This document shows, piece after piece, positions 33,202-41,579 of a DNA stretch of 64,000 nt; positions within the stretch are counted from its first letter, which is position 1; each line of letters begins with the position of its first letter. Below the pieces are notes generated by a model. The model made no database searches. It was given only the letters and a program-made list of their open reading frames with translations, and had not been told where the DNA came from. This DNA comes from Clostridia bacterium (GTDB lineage Bacteria; Bacillota; Clostridia; Oscillospirales; CAG-272): the NCBI GenBank assembly GCA_017456985.1, contig JAFTIH010000031.1, positions 64,421 to 128,420 of the forward strand. Direction: 5' to 3'. Position numbers and translations under genes: made by a program.

Positions 33202-34224
33202 ATGCGCAAGACCTTGGTTTTTGATGCGGCAGATATGACTGCCGCGGTATTCGGTGCTTGTGACGAATATGCGGATGCGGTGCGGGATGCCTTTGGTGTT
33301 TCGCTTCGGAACGAGCGCGGTGCCGACGGCAAGGACGGTCTTACGATTGAGGGAGATGCGGACGCCGTAGAAAAGGCGGAAGCCGTTTTTAAATATTTAA
33401 AGGTCTTGCTGATGCGCGGAGAGTCGCTTTCCCTGCAAACGGTCACGTACGCCATTTCCTTGGCGCGCGACGGGGAGTTTGATGCCCTCGAAAGCTTTGG
33501 AAACGACGTGCTTGCCATCACGATGCGCGGAAAGCCCATCAAGCCCAAGACGATGGGGCAGAAGAAATATATCGCCGCGATGAAGCGCAACACGGTCGTT
33601 TTCGGCATCGGTCCCGCAGGTACGGGAAAGACCTTTCTTGCCGTGGCGATGGCGACGGAGGCGCTCAGAAAGCACGAGGTCAGCCGCATTATCTTAACAC
33701 GCCCTGCCGTTGAGGCGGGGGAGCGTCTTGGCTTTTTGCCGGGTGATCTACAAAGCAAGATTGACCCGTATTTAAGACCGCTTTACGATGCGCTTTTTGA
33801 AATGCTCGGTCCCGAAAACTATAACCATTATCTTGAAAAGGGAATGATCGAGATCGCACCGCTCGCGTATATGCGAGGCAGAACGCTTGACGATTCTTAC
33901 ATTATTCTCGACGAGGCGCAAAACACCTCTCCCGAGCAGATGAAGATGTTCTTGACGCGTCTTGGCAGCAATGCGAAGGCTGTCATCACGGGCGACCCAT
34001 CGCAAACCGATCTTCCCGCGGGGACGAAAAGCGGTCTTACGATCGCCACGGAGATCTTAAAGGATATTGACGACATTGCCGTGCATACCTTCACGGAGCG
34101 CGACGTTGTGCGTCATAGACTGGTTCAGCAGATCATACTTGCTTATGAAAAATACGGCCGTGAGCACGCTCACGCCCAAAAGAAAAAAGAAAACGGTGCT
34201 AAGACCGCACGAAAGGACGGATGA
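33202..34224 (+). CDS. phoH: PhoH-family ATPase
   Basis: It has the Walker A GIGPAGTGKTFLAVAMA, ILDEAQN and the PhoH C-terminal core. Confidence 0.85.
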   Translation: MRKTLVFDAADMTAAVFGACDEYADAVRDAFGVSLRNERGADGKDGLTIEGDADAVEKAEAVFKYLKVLLMRGESLSLQTVTYAISLARDGEFDALESFGNDVLAITMRGKPIKPKTMGQKKYIAAMKRNTVVFGIGPAGTGKTFLAVAMATEALRKHEVSRIILTRPAVEAGERLGFLPGDLQSKIDPYLRPLYDALFEMLGPENYNHYLEKGMIEIAPLAYMRGRTLDDSYIILDEAQNTSPEQMKMFLTRLGSNAKAVITGDPSQTDLPAGTKSGLTIATEILKDIDDIAVHTFTERDVVRHRLVQQIILAYEKYGREHAHAQKKKENGAKTARKDG

Positions 34225-34739
34225 TTATGAAACACTACACGCCCGACATTCCTAAACTCAGAATTTATTTCTCGGCAGACCCCGAATTTGCAAAAAATTG
34301 CTACGCGGTAAAGAAAACCGTTCGCGAGGCGGTCCGTGCGACGCTGTATTACGAGAAATTCGATCTTGATACCGAAATTTCCGTTACCTTCTGCACGAAC
34401 GAAACGATTCGCGCACTCAACCGCGAGCATCGCGAGCGTGACAGCGCGACCGACGTGCTGTCCTTCCCGATGTACACCGCAGAGGAGATCGCCGAGATCA
34501 TCCCCGAGGAAGAGGAAGAAACGGTGGTGCTTGGCGACGTCGTTCTTTCCTTAGAACGCGCCAAGGAGCAAGCAGAGGAGTTGGGACACGGTTTTCTGCG
34601 TGAGGTGGCGTTTTTGACCATCCATTCCGTACTGCATCTTCTCGGCTACGACCATGAGCTCTCGCCCGAGGAGGACGAAAGACAGTGCGCGCGCCAGAAG
34701 CTGATCCTTGAAGAATTGGATCTTGACCCCACGCTGTAA
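34221..34739 (+). CDS. ybeY: rRNA maturation endoribonuclease YbeY
   Basis: Carries the HSVLHLLGYDH zinc motif. Confidence 0.9.
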   Translation: MIMKHYTPDIPKLRIYFSADPEFAKNCYAVKKTVREAVRATLYYEKFDLDTEISVTFCTNETIRALNREHRERDSATDVLSFPMYTAEEIAEIIPEEEEETVVLGDVVLSLERAKEQAEELGHGFLREVAFLTIHSVLHLLGYDHELSPEEDERQCARQKLILEELDLDPTL

Positions 34740-34762
34740 GTGCTAAGAAAAGGAAAAAGGAT

Positions 34763-35656
34763 ATGACGAAAACAGGCTTTATTGCAATCGTAGGACGCCC
34801 CAACGTTGGAAAGTCCACGCTTTTAAATCAGATTTTAGGGGAGAAGGTCGCGATCGTTTCCAAGCGTCCGCAGACCACGAGAAACCGCATCACGGGGATC
34901 TTAACGCAGGGAGAGGATCAGTTCGTATTCCTTGACACCCCCGGACTTCATCGCCCCAGAACCAAGCTGGGTGATTTTATGGTAAAGACCACGGACAGCG
35001 CCATCGGTGAGGCGGATGCCGCGATACTCGTCGTAGAGCCGCGCGAGGCGGTGGGCGACATCGAGCAGACCGTGATCGACCGCTTAAAAGAAGCGAAGAT
35101 CCCTGCCGTTCTCGCGATCAACAAGATCGACGCCGTGACACCCGTTAACGTTGCCAAGACGATCGCCGCGTACTCCGAGGCGTTTGATTTTGACGCCGTG
35201 GTACCGATGGCGGCAAAGTCGGGTAAGAACGTTTCCATCCTGGTGGATGAGTGCCGCCGCTATCTTGCCGAAAGTCCTTGGTTTTTCCCCGATGATATCG
35301 TGACCGATCAGCCCGAGCGTCAGATCGTTTCGGAGGTGATCCGCGAAAAGATCCTTCGCTTGCTCAGCGAGGAGATCCCGCACGGTACCGCCGTCGTGAT
35401 TGAGGCGTTTGAGGAGAGCGAGCGGCTTATCAAGATTCGCGCCGAGATCTTTTGCGAGAGAGATTCCCATAAGAGAATTCTGCTGGGCAAGCAGGGAAGC
35501 ATGATCAAAACCATCGGCACGTATGCGCGCGAGGACCTTGAAAAGTTCTTTGGCGTCAAGGTGCATCTTGACCTTTGGGTGAAGGTGAAGGAGAAGTGGC
35601 GTGACAGCGCCTTCCAGCTTGCAAACTTCGGATATAATAAAAAGGATTACGAGTAA
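34763..35656 (+). CDS. era: GTPase Era
   Basis: Carries GFIAIVGRPNVGKSTLLN, DTPG, NKID and a C-terminal KH domain. Confidence 0.9.
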   Translation: MTKTGFIAIVGRPNVGKSTLLNQILGEKVAIVSKRPQTTRNRITGILTQGEDQFVFLDTPGLHRPRTKLGDFMVKTTDSAIGEADAAILVVEPREAVGDIEQTVIDRLKEAKIPAVLAINKIDAVTPVNVAKTIAAYSEAFDFDAVVPMAAKSGKNVSILVDECRRYLAESPWFFPDDIVTDQPERQIVSEVIREKILRLLSEEIPHGTAVVIEAFEESERLIKIRAEIFCERDSHKRILLGKQGSMIKTIGTYAREDLEKFFGVKVHLDLWVKVKEKWRDSAFQLANFGYNKKDYE

Positions 35657-35686
35657 ACAAGGCGTAGCGCCGGAAAAGAGATTGCG

Positions 35687-36493
35687 ATGCAACCCATTTT
35701 GCTTTCGGGAGTCGTGGTCCGCACGACCGATTACGGGGAACGGGACCGCATTTTGACCCTATATACGGACGAGCTGGGGCTGATCACAGTGACTGCCAAC
35801 GGCAGCCGCTCGCTCAAAAGCAGATCGCTCGTTGCGACGGAACTGTTTTGTTACAGCAAATTCGTTTTAAATCGACGCGGCGACCGCTATACCGTCAAGG
35901 AGGTCGAGCTGATCGAGAGCTTTTTCGATCTGCGCTCGGACGTCTCAAAAATTGCCCTCGCAGGCTACGTTTGCGAGGTGTTAGCACACGTTGGTACCGA
36001 AAACTTACCCGATCCCGATCTTTTGCGCCTGTGCCTAAACACACTCTTTGCCATCGCTAAGGAGCGCGCACCGCAGGCCCTGATCAAGGGCGCGTTTGAG
36101 ATGCGTGCCGCGAGCATTCTCGGCTTTCGTCCCGAGCTTTCCGTTTGTGCGGAATGCGGGGAAGAGGGGGAGGACGTCGCGCTTGACGTGATGAACGGCG
36201 CCGTCCGCTGTGCCGCCTGTCGCCGTGAAACGGAGCTTTTGGCGTTGCCCCCAAGTGAGGAGGAGGCTCTGCATCCCACTATCCTGTGCCTTTTGACGGC
36301 GGCGGCGCGTGTGTCGCTTTTTTACGTCATCGTGTGTCCGCTTGAGAAGATCTTATCTTTTCGTCTTGAAAACCCCGAGGACGTCAAGAGCTTTGCTTAC
36401 GCCGCAGAAACCTACTTACTCAACCATTTGGAGCGCAGCTTCAAAAATCTTGAATTTTACAAAACCTTGCTTCTTGAAGAAGGGCAAGGGTGA
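35687..36493 (+). CDS. recO: DNA repair protein RecO
   Basis: It has an OB-fold N-terminus (VVRTTDYGERDRILTLYT), the zinc motif CAECG..CAAC, and a position after era. Confidence 0.85.
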   Translation: MQPILLSGVVVRTTDYGERDRILTLYTDELGLITVTANGSRSLKSRSLVATELFCYSKFVLNRRGDRYTVKEVELIESFFDLRSDVSKIALAGYVCEVLAHVGTENLPDPDLLRLCLNTLFAIAKERAPQALIKGAFEMRAASILGFRPELSVCAECGEEGEDVALDVMNGAVRCAACRRETELLALPPSEEEALHPTILCLLTAAARVSLFYVIVCPLEKILSFRLENPEDVKSFAYAAETYLLNHLERSFKNLEFYKTLLLEEGQG

Positions 36494-36501
36494 AACGGAA
36501 T

Positions 36502-38898
36502 ATGGGACTAAAACAAAAATCATTAGAAATTTTAGAGTACGATAAGGTCATTTCGATGCTCTCGGCTATCGCCTTCACGGAGGGCGCGCGGGAGCTTGCA
36601 CGCCGCCTTTTGCCGAGTGCGGATTACGATACCGTCGTATCCCGTCAGAAAAAGACGGCGGACGCCAGACGTCTTCTTTCCCACAAGGGTGTTCCGCCCT
36701 TCGGGAAAGCGGTCAACGTTTGCGAGGCGGTAGAGCGTGCGGAAAAGGGCGGTACGCTCACGATGCACGAGCTTTTGGACGTTGCCGACATCTTTACGGC
36801 GGCGCGTGCGCTTTGGGATTACGTTGACGGCAACCGCCTTTTTCCGACGGTGCTCGATACGACGTTCTCTCGCCTTATCGTCAACCGTCCGCTTGAGGAG
36901 CGCATCCGTCGCACGGTGCTCTCGGACGAGCTCATTTCGGACGAGGCGAGCCCGCTTCTTTCGGATATCCGCAGAAAAATGCGTGCGGCGAATAACCGTA
37001 TTAAGGAAACCTTGCAGCAATTTGTGAGCGGTCAGCGCTCTAAATATTTGCAAGAGAATATCGTCACCCTTCGCGACGGGCGCTACGTTATCCCCGTGCG
37101 TGCCGAATATAAGAACGAGATCAAGGGACTTTTGCACGACACGTCTGCCTCGGGAGCTACGCTGTTTATCGAGCCGATGGGGGTCGTGGAGGCGAATAAC
37201 GAGCTTCGTGAGCTTGCCGCCAAGGAGGCGCGCGAGATCGACCGTATCCTTTTGGAGCTTTCGGGTCTTTGCGCGGAGTCCTCGGGCTCCTTGATCCAGA
37301 ATTATCGCGTGATCACGGAGCTTGCTTTTTGCTTCTCCTGTGCCGCGCTTGCCGAAAAAATGAAGGCGGTATCCCCCATCCTGGTCAAAGAGCCGATGGT
37401 GTCGCTCAAGGGGGCAAGGCATCCCCTTTTGGATCCCGCTACCGTCGTGCCGATCGACGTGTCCCTCGGTGACGGCTTTGACACCTTGGTGATCACGGGT
37501 CCCAATACGGGCGGTAAGACCGTCACGCTCAAAACGCTGGGTCTTTTCGCGCTGATGACGCAGGCGGGACTTCAGATTCCCGCGCGTGAAGAATCCCAAA
37601 TGGGTGTATTTTCCGAGGTTCTTGCCGATATTGGCGACGAGCAGAGCATCGAGCAATCGCTCTCTACCTTCTCGGCGCATATGATGAGCATCGTGGAGAT
37701 CCTTAGCGCGGCAGGCGAAGGAACGCTGGCGCTCTTTGATGAGCTTGGTGCGGGAACCGACCCCGTCGAAGGCGCGGCGCTCGCGATCGCGATCCTCGAG
37801 GCAGTCCGCGCTACGGGGGCACTCGCCGCGTCCACGACGCACTATGCCGAGTTAAAGGCGTATGCGCTAGACACCGAGGGCGTGCAGAACGCGTCCTGCG
37901 AGTTTGACGTGGAATCCCTGCGTCCCACCTATCGTCTCGTGATCGGTGCCCCCGGACGCTCTAACGCCTTTGCGATCTCGGAGCGGCTCGGTATGCCCGA
38001 GCACGTCGTTTCCCGCGCAAAGGGATTGGTTTCCGAGGACGACAAGCGCTTTGAAAACGTGCTTGCACGCTTGGAAGCCGACCGTATCGCGATGGAGCGT
38101 GCCAAGGCGGAGGCAGAGCGCCTGCGGGCAGAATACGAGGCGTATAAGAAAAAAGCGGAGGAAGAGCTCCGTGCGCGCACGGCAGATGCCGAAAAGGAGA
38201 TCCAAAAATCTCTTGAAAAGGCAAGACAGCTGTTAAGCAGTGCGCGTGCAACGGGAGATTTCGTGCTCAAACAGCTCGACGAGGTGCGTAAAAAGCAAGA
38301 GAGCGACCGTTTTGCCGCTTCGCTTGCCGAGGCGCGCCGCGAGATCCGCTCCCGCATTGGAAAAGAGGACGACGCCCAAGCGGCGTTTGAGTATAGCGAG
38401 GTCAACTTGGAGGAGGACTACGTTTTGCCCCGTCCCCTCGCTGTGGGTGACCACGTGTACCTCGTGAGCTTTGGACAGGAGGGCGAGGTCGTATCGCTCC
38501 CTGACAAGGATGGCAACATTCAGGTCAAAGCGGGTATTTTGCGCGCAAAAACGCACGTCTCCAAGGTACGACTGCTTGGTAAGACCAAGCCTAAGGTCAA
38601 GCAGGCGCAGAAAACGCGCGCCGTTTCGGGTATAAAAAGCGCCATCGCAGACGGCTTTAAGCCCGAGATCGACGTGCGCGGTATGACGGGAGACGAGGCG
38701 TGGTGGCGCGTGGATAAGTATATTGACGACGCCTATCTCGCAGGTGTGAACAGCGTTCGCATCATCCACGGAAAGGGAACGGGCGCCCTTCGTGCCGCGC
38801 TTTGGGGCTTTTTCCGCGCCGATAAGCGCATCGCGTCCTTCCGCGCGGGCGTATACGGTGAGGGCGATGCAGGCGTTACCGTCCTAGAACTAAAATAA
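36502..38898 (+). CDS. mutS2: Endonuclease MutS2 (start ATG 36502; the track ORF begins at GTG 36490)
   Basis: Carries the MutS ATPase motif ITGPNTGGKTV, DELGAGTDP and a C-terminal Smr domain (IDVRGM..IIHGKGTGALR). Confidence 0.9.
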   Translation: MGLKQKSLEILEYDKVISMLSAIAFTEGARELARRLLPSADYDTVVSRQKKTADARRLLSHKGVPPFGKAVNVCEAVERAEKGGTLTMHELLDVADIFTAARALWDYVDGNRLFPTVLDTTFSRLIVNRPLEERIRRTVLSDELISDEASPLLSDIRRKMRAANNRIKETLQQFVSGQRSKYLQENIVTLRDGRYVIPVRAEYKNEIKGLLHDTSASGATLFIEPMGVVEANNELRELAAKEAREIDRILLELSGLCAESSGSLIQNYRVITELAFCFSCAALAEKMKAVSPILVKEPMVSLKGARHPLLDPATVVPIDVSLGDGFDTLVITGPNTGGKTVTLKTLGLFALMTQAGLQIPAREESQMGVFSEVLADIGDEQSIEQSLSTFSAHMMSIVEILSAAGEGTLALFDELGAGTDPVEGAALAIAILEAVRATGALAASTTHYAELKAYALDTEGVQNASCEFDVESLRPTYRLVIGAPGRSNAFAISERLGMPEHVVSRAKGLVSEDDKRFENVLARLEADRIAMERAKAEAERLRAEYEAYKKKAEEELRARTADAEKEIQKSLEKARQLLSSARATGDFVLKQLDEVRKKQESDRFAASLAEARREIRSRIGKEDDAQAAFEYSEVNLEEDYVLPRPLAVGDHVYLVSFGQEGEVVSLPDKDGNIQVKAGILRAKTHVSKVRLLGKTKPKVKQAQKTRAVSGIKSAIADGFKPEIDVRGMTGDEAWWRVDKYIDDAYLAGVNSVRIIHGKGTGALRAALWGFFRADKRIASFRAGVYGEGDAGVTVLELK

Positions 38899-38924
38899 AA
38901 GCTATTGCCGAAGCAATAGCTTTT
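38897..38924. terminator. Rho-independent terminator between mutS2 and glcK (convergent)
   Basis: Stem aaaagctattgc cgaa gcaatagctttt. Confidence 0.75.
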
Positions 38925-38967
38925 AGAAGGGGATGGGAGAGGGCGCGATCGTCGCGTTCTTGCGCCG

Positions 38968-39927
38968 TCAGAGTCCAAGACACGCGGCGCCGATAATGCC
39001 CGCGTCGTTGCCAAGCTCTGCGATCACGATCCGCGTTTTTTTCGGGTTGTCGCGCGTGTATTGCTCGCAAAGGACCTTTTCTACCAAGGGGATAAGCAGA
39101 TTGTCCCGCTCGTTGCAGATGCCGCCGCCGATACAAAGGATCTCGGGCTGGAAGATGTTGATGATGTTGGCAATGCCGCACGCGAGATGGTCGATATAGT
39201 ATTCCACCACCATCGTACCGATGGCATCTCCTTGCTTTTTGGCGTTGAATGCCGTGCGCGCGTTGATCTTGCCCGTCGTTTTGTAGTCCTTGATCATCAC
39301 GGTCGGGATATGCTTGGTTTCACATTCCGTGATCTTTTCACGCGTGATGGCGGAAAGCGCGGTCGCAGAGGAATATGCTTCCCAACAGCCGCGTCTGCCG
39401 CAGGAGCAAAGCCTACCGCCGTGCTTAATGACGATATGACCCAGCTCGCCCGCCGCGTGATTGAAGCCGCTATAAATTTTACCGTCAAGAATGACACCGC
39501 CGCCGACACCCGTGCCGAGCGTGATCATCACGGAATTTTTACTGCCGCGAGAAGCGCCTGCAAGAGCTTCGCCGAGCGCTGCGGCATTGGCGTCGTTTGC
39601 CACGTAAACCTCCTTGACGGGAAGGTAACGCTTGAACAAGGCGGCAATAGGGAAGTTGCGAAAAGGAAGATTATTGGCGTACTCGATCACACCCGTTTCG
39701 CTGTTTGCAACGCCGGGAGAGGCAATGCCAACGTAGGAGACCTCGCTGAGCGGAATATTCGATTCCTTGAGCAGTCGCTCCGTGAGCGCCGCCATATCCT
39801 TGATGATCAGCTCACCCTCACGGTTTGCCATCGTGGGGACGCTTCCTTTTTTGAGGATGTTTTTGTTTTCATCGACAATACCGACGGCAATGTTCGTGCC
39901 GCCGAGATCTACACCGACGTAATACAT
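38968..39927 (-). CDS. glcK: ROK-family glucokinase; start at ATG 39927 (AAGGAG upstream)
   Basis: Starts MYYVGVDLGGTNIAVG and carries the ROK zinc motif GHIVIKHGGRLCSCGRRGCWE. Confidence 0.85.
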   Translation of the reverse strand: MYYVGVDLGGTNIAVGIVDENKNILKKGSVPTMANREGELIIKDMAALTERLLKESNIPLSEVSYVGIASPGVANSETGVIEYANNLPFRNFPIAALFKRYLPVKEVYVANDANAAALGEALAGASRGSKNSVMITLGTGVGGGVILDGKIYSGFNHAAGELGHIVIKHGGRLCSCGRRGCWEAYSSATALSAITREKITECETKHIPTVMIKDYKTTGKINARTAFNAKKQGDAIGTMVVEYYIDHLACGIANIINIFQPEILCIGGGICNERDNLLIPLVEKVLCEQYTRDNPKKTRIVIAELGNDAGIIGAACLGL

Positions 39928-40049
39928 AGTATTTTCTCCTTGCACTTTTTAGGTTTTTTACCTTATTATATTTTTATTATAACATTTTGAACCCTTTTGT
40001 CAAGATAAAGACAGTTTTTTAGCGTGATTTTTTTAAACGTGGAGTGGGT

Positions 40050-41075
40050 ATGAAGATTTTAGTTGGACTCAGCGGAGGACTTGACAGCACCTATGCCGCT
40101 TTGCTTCTGAAGGAGGCAGGGCACACGGTAGAGGGTGCCGTTTTGGATATGCATCCGTACAGCGAAACGGAAGAAGCGCGCGCCGCAGCGACACAGCTCG
40201 GGATCCCGTTTCGCGTGATTTTGTGCCGCGAGGCGTTTGAGCGCACGGTCGTCACGGATTTTTGCTCCCAATATCTGCAAGGACGTACCCCAAATCCCTG
40301 TATCCTTTGTAATGAAACGGTAAAATTCCGTATGTTATACGAGGAAGCGATGCGGGATGGCTTTGATCGGATCGCGACGGGGCATTACGCCCGTATTACG
40401 AGCGTAGGCGGCAACGCTTGCGTGGCGATGGGAAAGGATACGAAGAAGGACCAGTCCTATATGCTTTACCGCTTGCCCGCAGAAATCCTTTCGCGGCTTT
40501 TGCTTCCTCTTGGGGATATGACGAAGGACGAGATCCGAGAATCTGCGCGTGCCCGTAATCTTTCCGTAGCCGAGAGGGCGGAAAGCCAGGACATTTGCTT
40601 TATTCGTGGGGAAAGCTATACCGATTTTCTTGCGCGGCGTTGCGGAGAGTTACCAAAGGGGCATTTTATCAGCGAAACGGGGGAAGTCCTTGGGGAGCAC
40701 GAGGGCATCACGCATTATACGGTGGGACAGCGCAAGGGGCTTGCCGTTTCTGCACCTACCAGACTGTTTGTGAAAAGCATAGATCCCGAAACGAGAAATA
40801 TCATCCTTGCGGATAAACCGCCCCGCGCATTGCGGTTTTTGCTGGAACGGGTCGTTTTTTCGGGAATGACTCCAACCGATGATCTATCGTGTAAAGAGTT
40901 GCTTGCACGCGTCCGTTATACCGCCCCCCTCACCCCTGCTTTGCTTTTTCGGGAAGGGGATGCGCTTGGCGTTGCGCTTTGTGAGAACACTTGTGCGGTG
41001 ACTCCCGGGCAATCGGTCGTTTTGTATTCTGGCGATACGATAATGCTTGGCGGTATCGTCAAATCCCTCCTTTAA
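40050..41075 (+). CDS. mnmA: tRNA 2-thiouridine(34) synthase MnmA
   Basis: Starts MKILVGLSGGLDSTYAA (PP-loop) and carries NPCILCN and KDQSYML. Confidence 0.9.
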   Translation: MKILVGLSGGLDSTYAALLLKEAGHTVEGAVLDMHPYSETEEARAAATQLGIPFRVILCREAFERTVVTDFCSQYLQGRTPNPCILCNETVKFRMLYEEAMRDGFDRIATGHYARITSVGGNACVAMGKDTKKDQSYMLYRLPAEILSRLLLPLGDMTKDEIRESARARNLSVAERAESQDICFIRGESYTDFLARRCGELPKGHFISETGEVLGEHEGITHYTVGQRKGLAVSAPTRLFVKSIDPETRNIILADKPPRALRFLLERVVFSGMTPTDDLSCKELLARVRYTAPLTPALLFREGDALGVALCENTCAVTPGQSVVLYSGDTIMLGGIVKSLL

Positions 41076-41236
41076 TACCAAAAAAATCCAAAAATAAACA
41101 GAAAATGGTAAAAACAAGCCAAACTTGCAATTTTTGTGCAAAATGCCGAAGTGTAGAAAATATCCCTCGTTTTTTGTGCATTTTTACCATATAAAAACTA
41201 CCAAAATCAACCAATGCTTTACATAATCATCCCGCC

Positions 41237-41268
41237 AGAAGGTAATTACAAATTACCTTCTTTTTCTG
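41237..41268 (+). terminator. Orphan plus-strand rho-independent terminator, about 160 nt downstream of mnmA
   Basis: Stem agaaggtaat tacaa attaccttct, followed by ttttctgttttctt. There is no T-run on the opposite strand. Confidence 0.6.
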
Positions 41269-41323
41269 TTTTCTTGAAAAAACTCAAAAAGCGCCATAAT
41301 AATGGAGTTTTAAAGGATTTAAA

Positions 41324-41379
41324 AGTAACAAATGGTTACTTATGCGATATAAACAAAGAGTTTTCTTGATAAAACTCTT
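41324..41379. other. Two inverted repeats upstream of the operon promoter (agtaac-N5-gttact at 41324-41340; aagagtttt-N6-aaaactctt at 41356-41379)
   Basis: Read directly. The second has a 9-bp perfect stem without a T-run, so it could be an operator. Confidence 0.4.
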
Positions 41380-41465
41380 GCAAATTGTGAAAAGTATTTT
41401 CCTTTTCTCGCTCCAGTCGCCCGCTTTTGGTGAGGCTCTGTCGTGATTTCCAAGATTTTTCGCAC

Positions 41466-41494
41466 TTGACAATTATAAATATATATGGTATGAT
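41466..41494 (+). promoter_or_regulatory. Strong sigma-A promoter (TTGACA-17-TGgTATGAT) for the 13-kb transport/processing operon
   Basis: Reads ttgaca attataaatatatatgg tatgat, about 85 nt upstream of ATG 41580. Confidence 0.65.
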
Positions 41495-41579
41495 ATTGGG
41501 GTAAAAATGGTGTGACGGTATTGTGTCCGTTAGGAAAAGTCCGCCAACTTACAAACATACTCTGGGAGGAAAGGTATTC

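Noticed and set aside
41144-41150. Spo0A box (TGCCGAA matches TGNCGAA) inside the shared spacer motif.
   Set aside because: A 7-mer with six fixed positions is expected dozens of times by chance in 64 kb on two strands. The partner copy at 12916-12922 lacks the spacing base.
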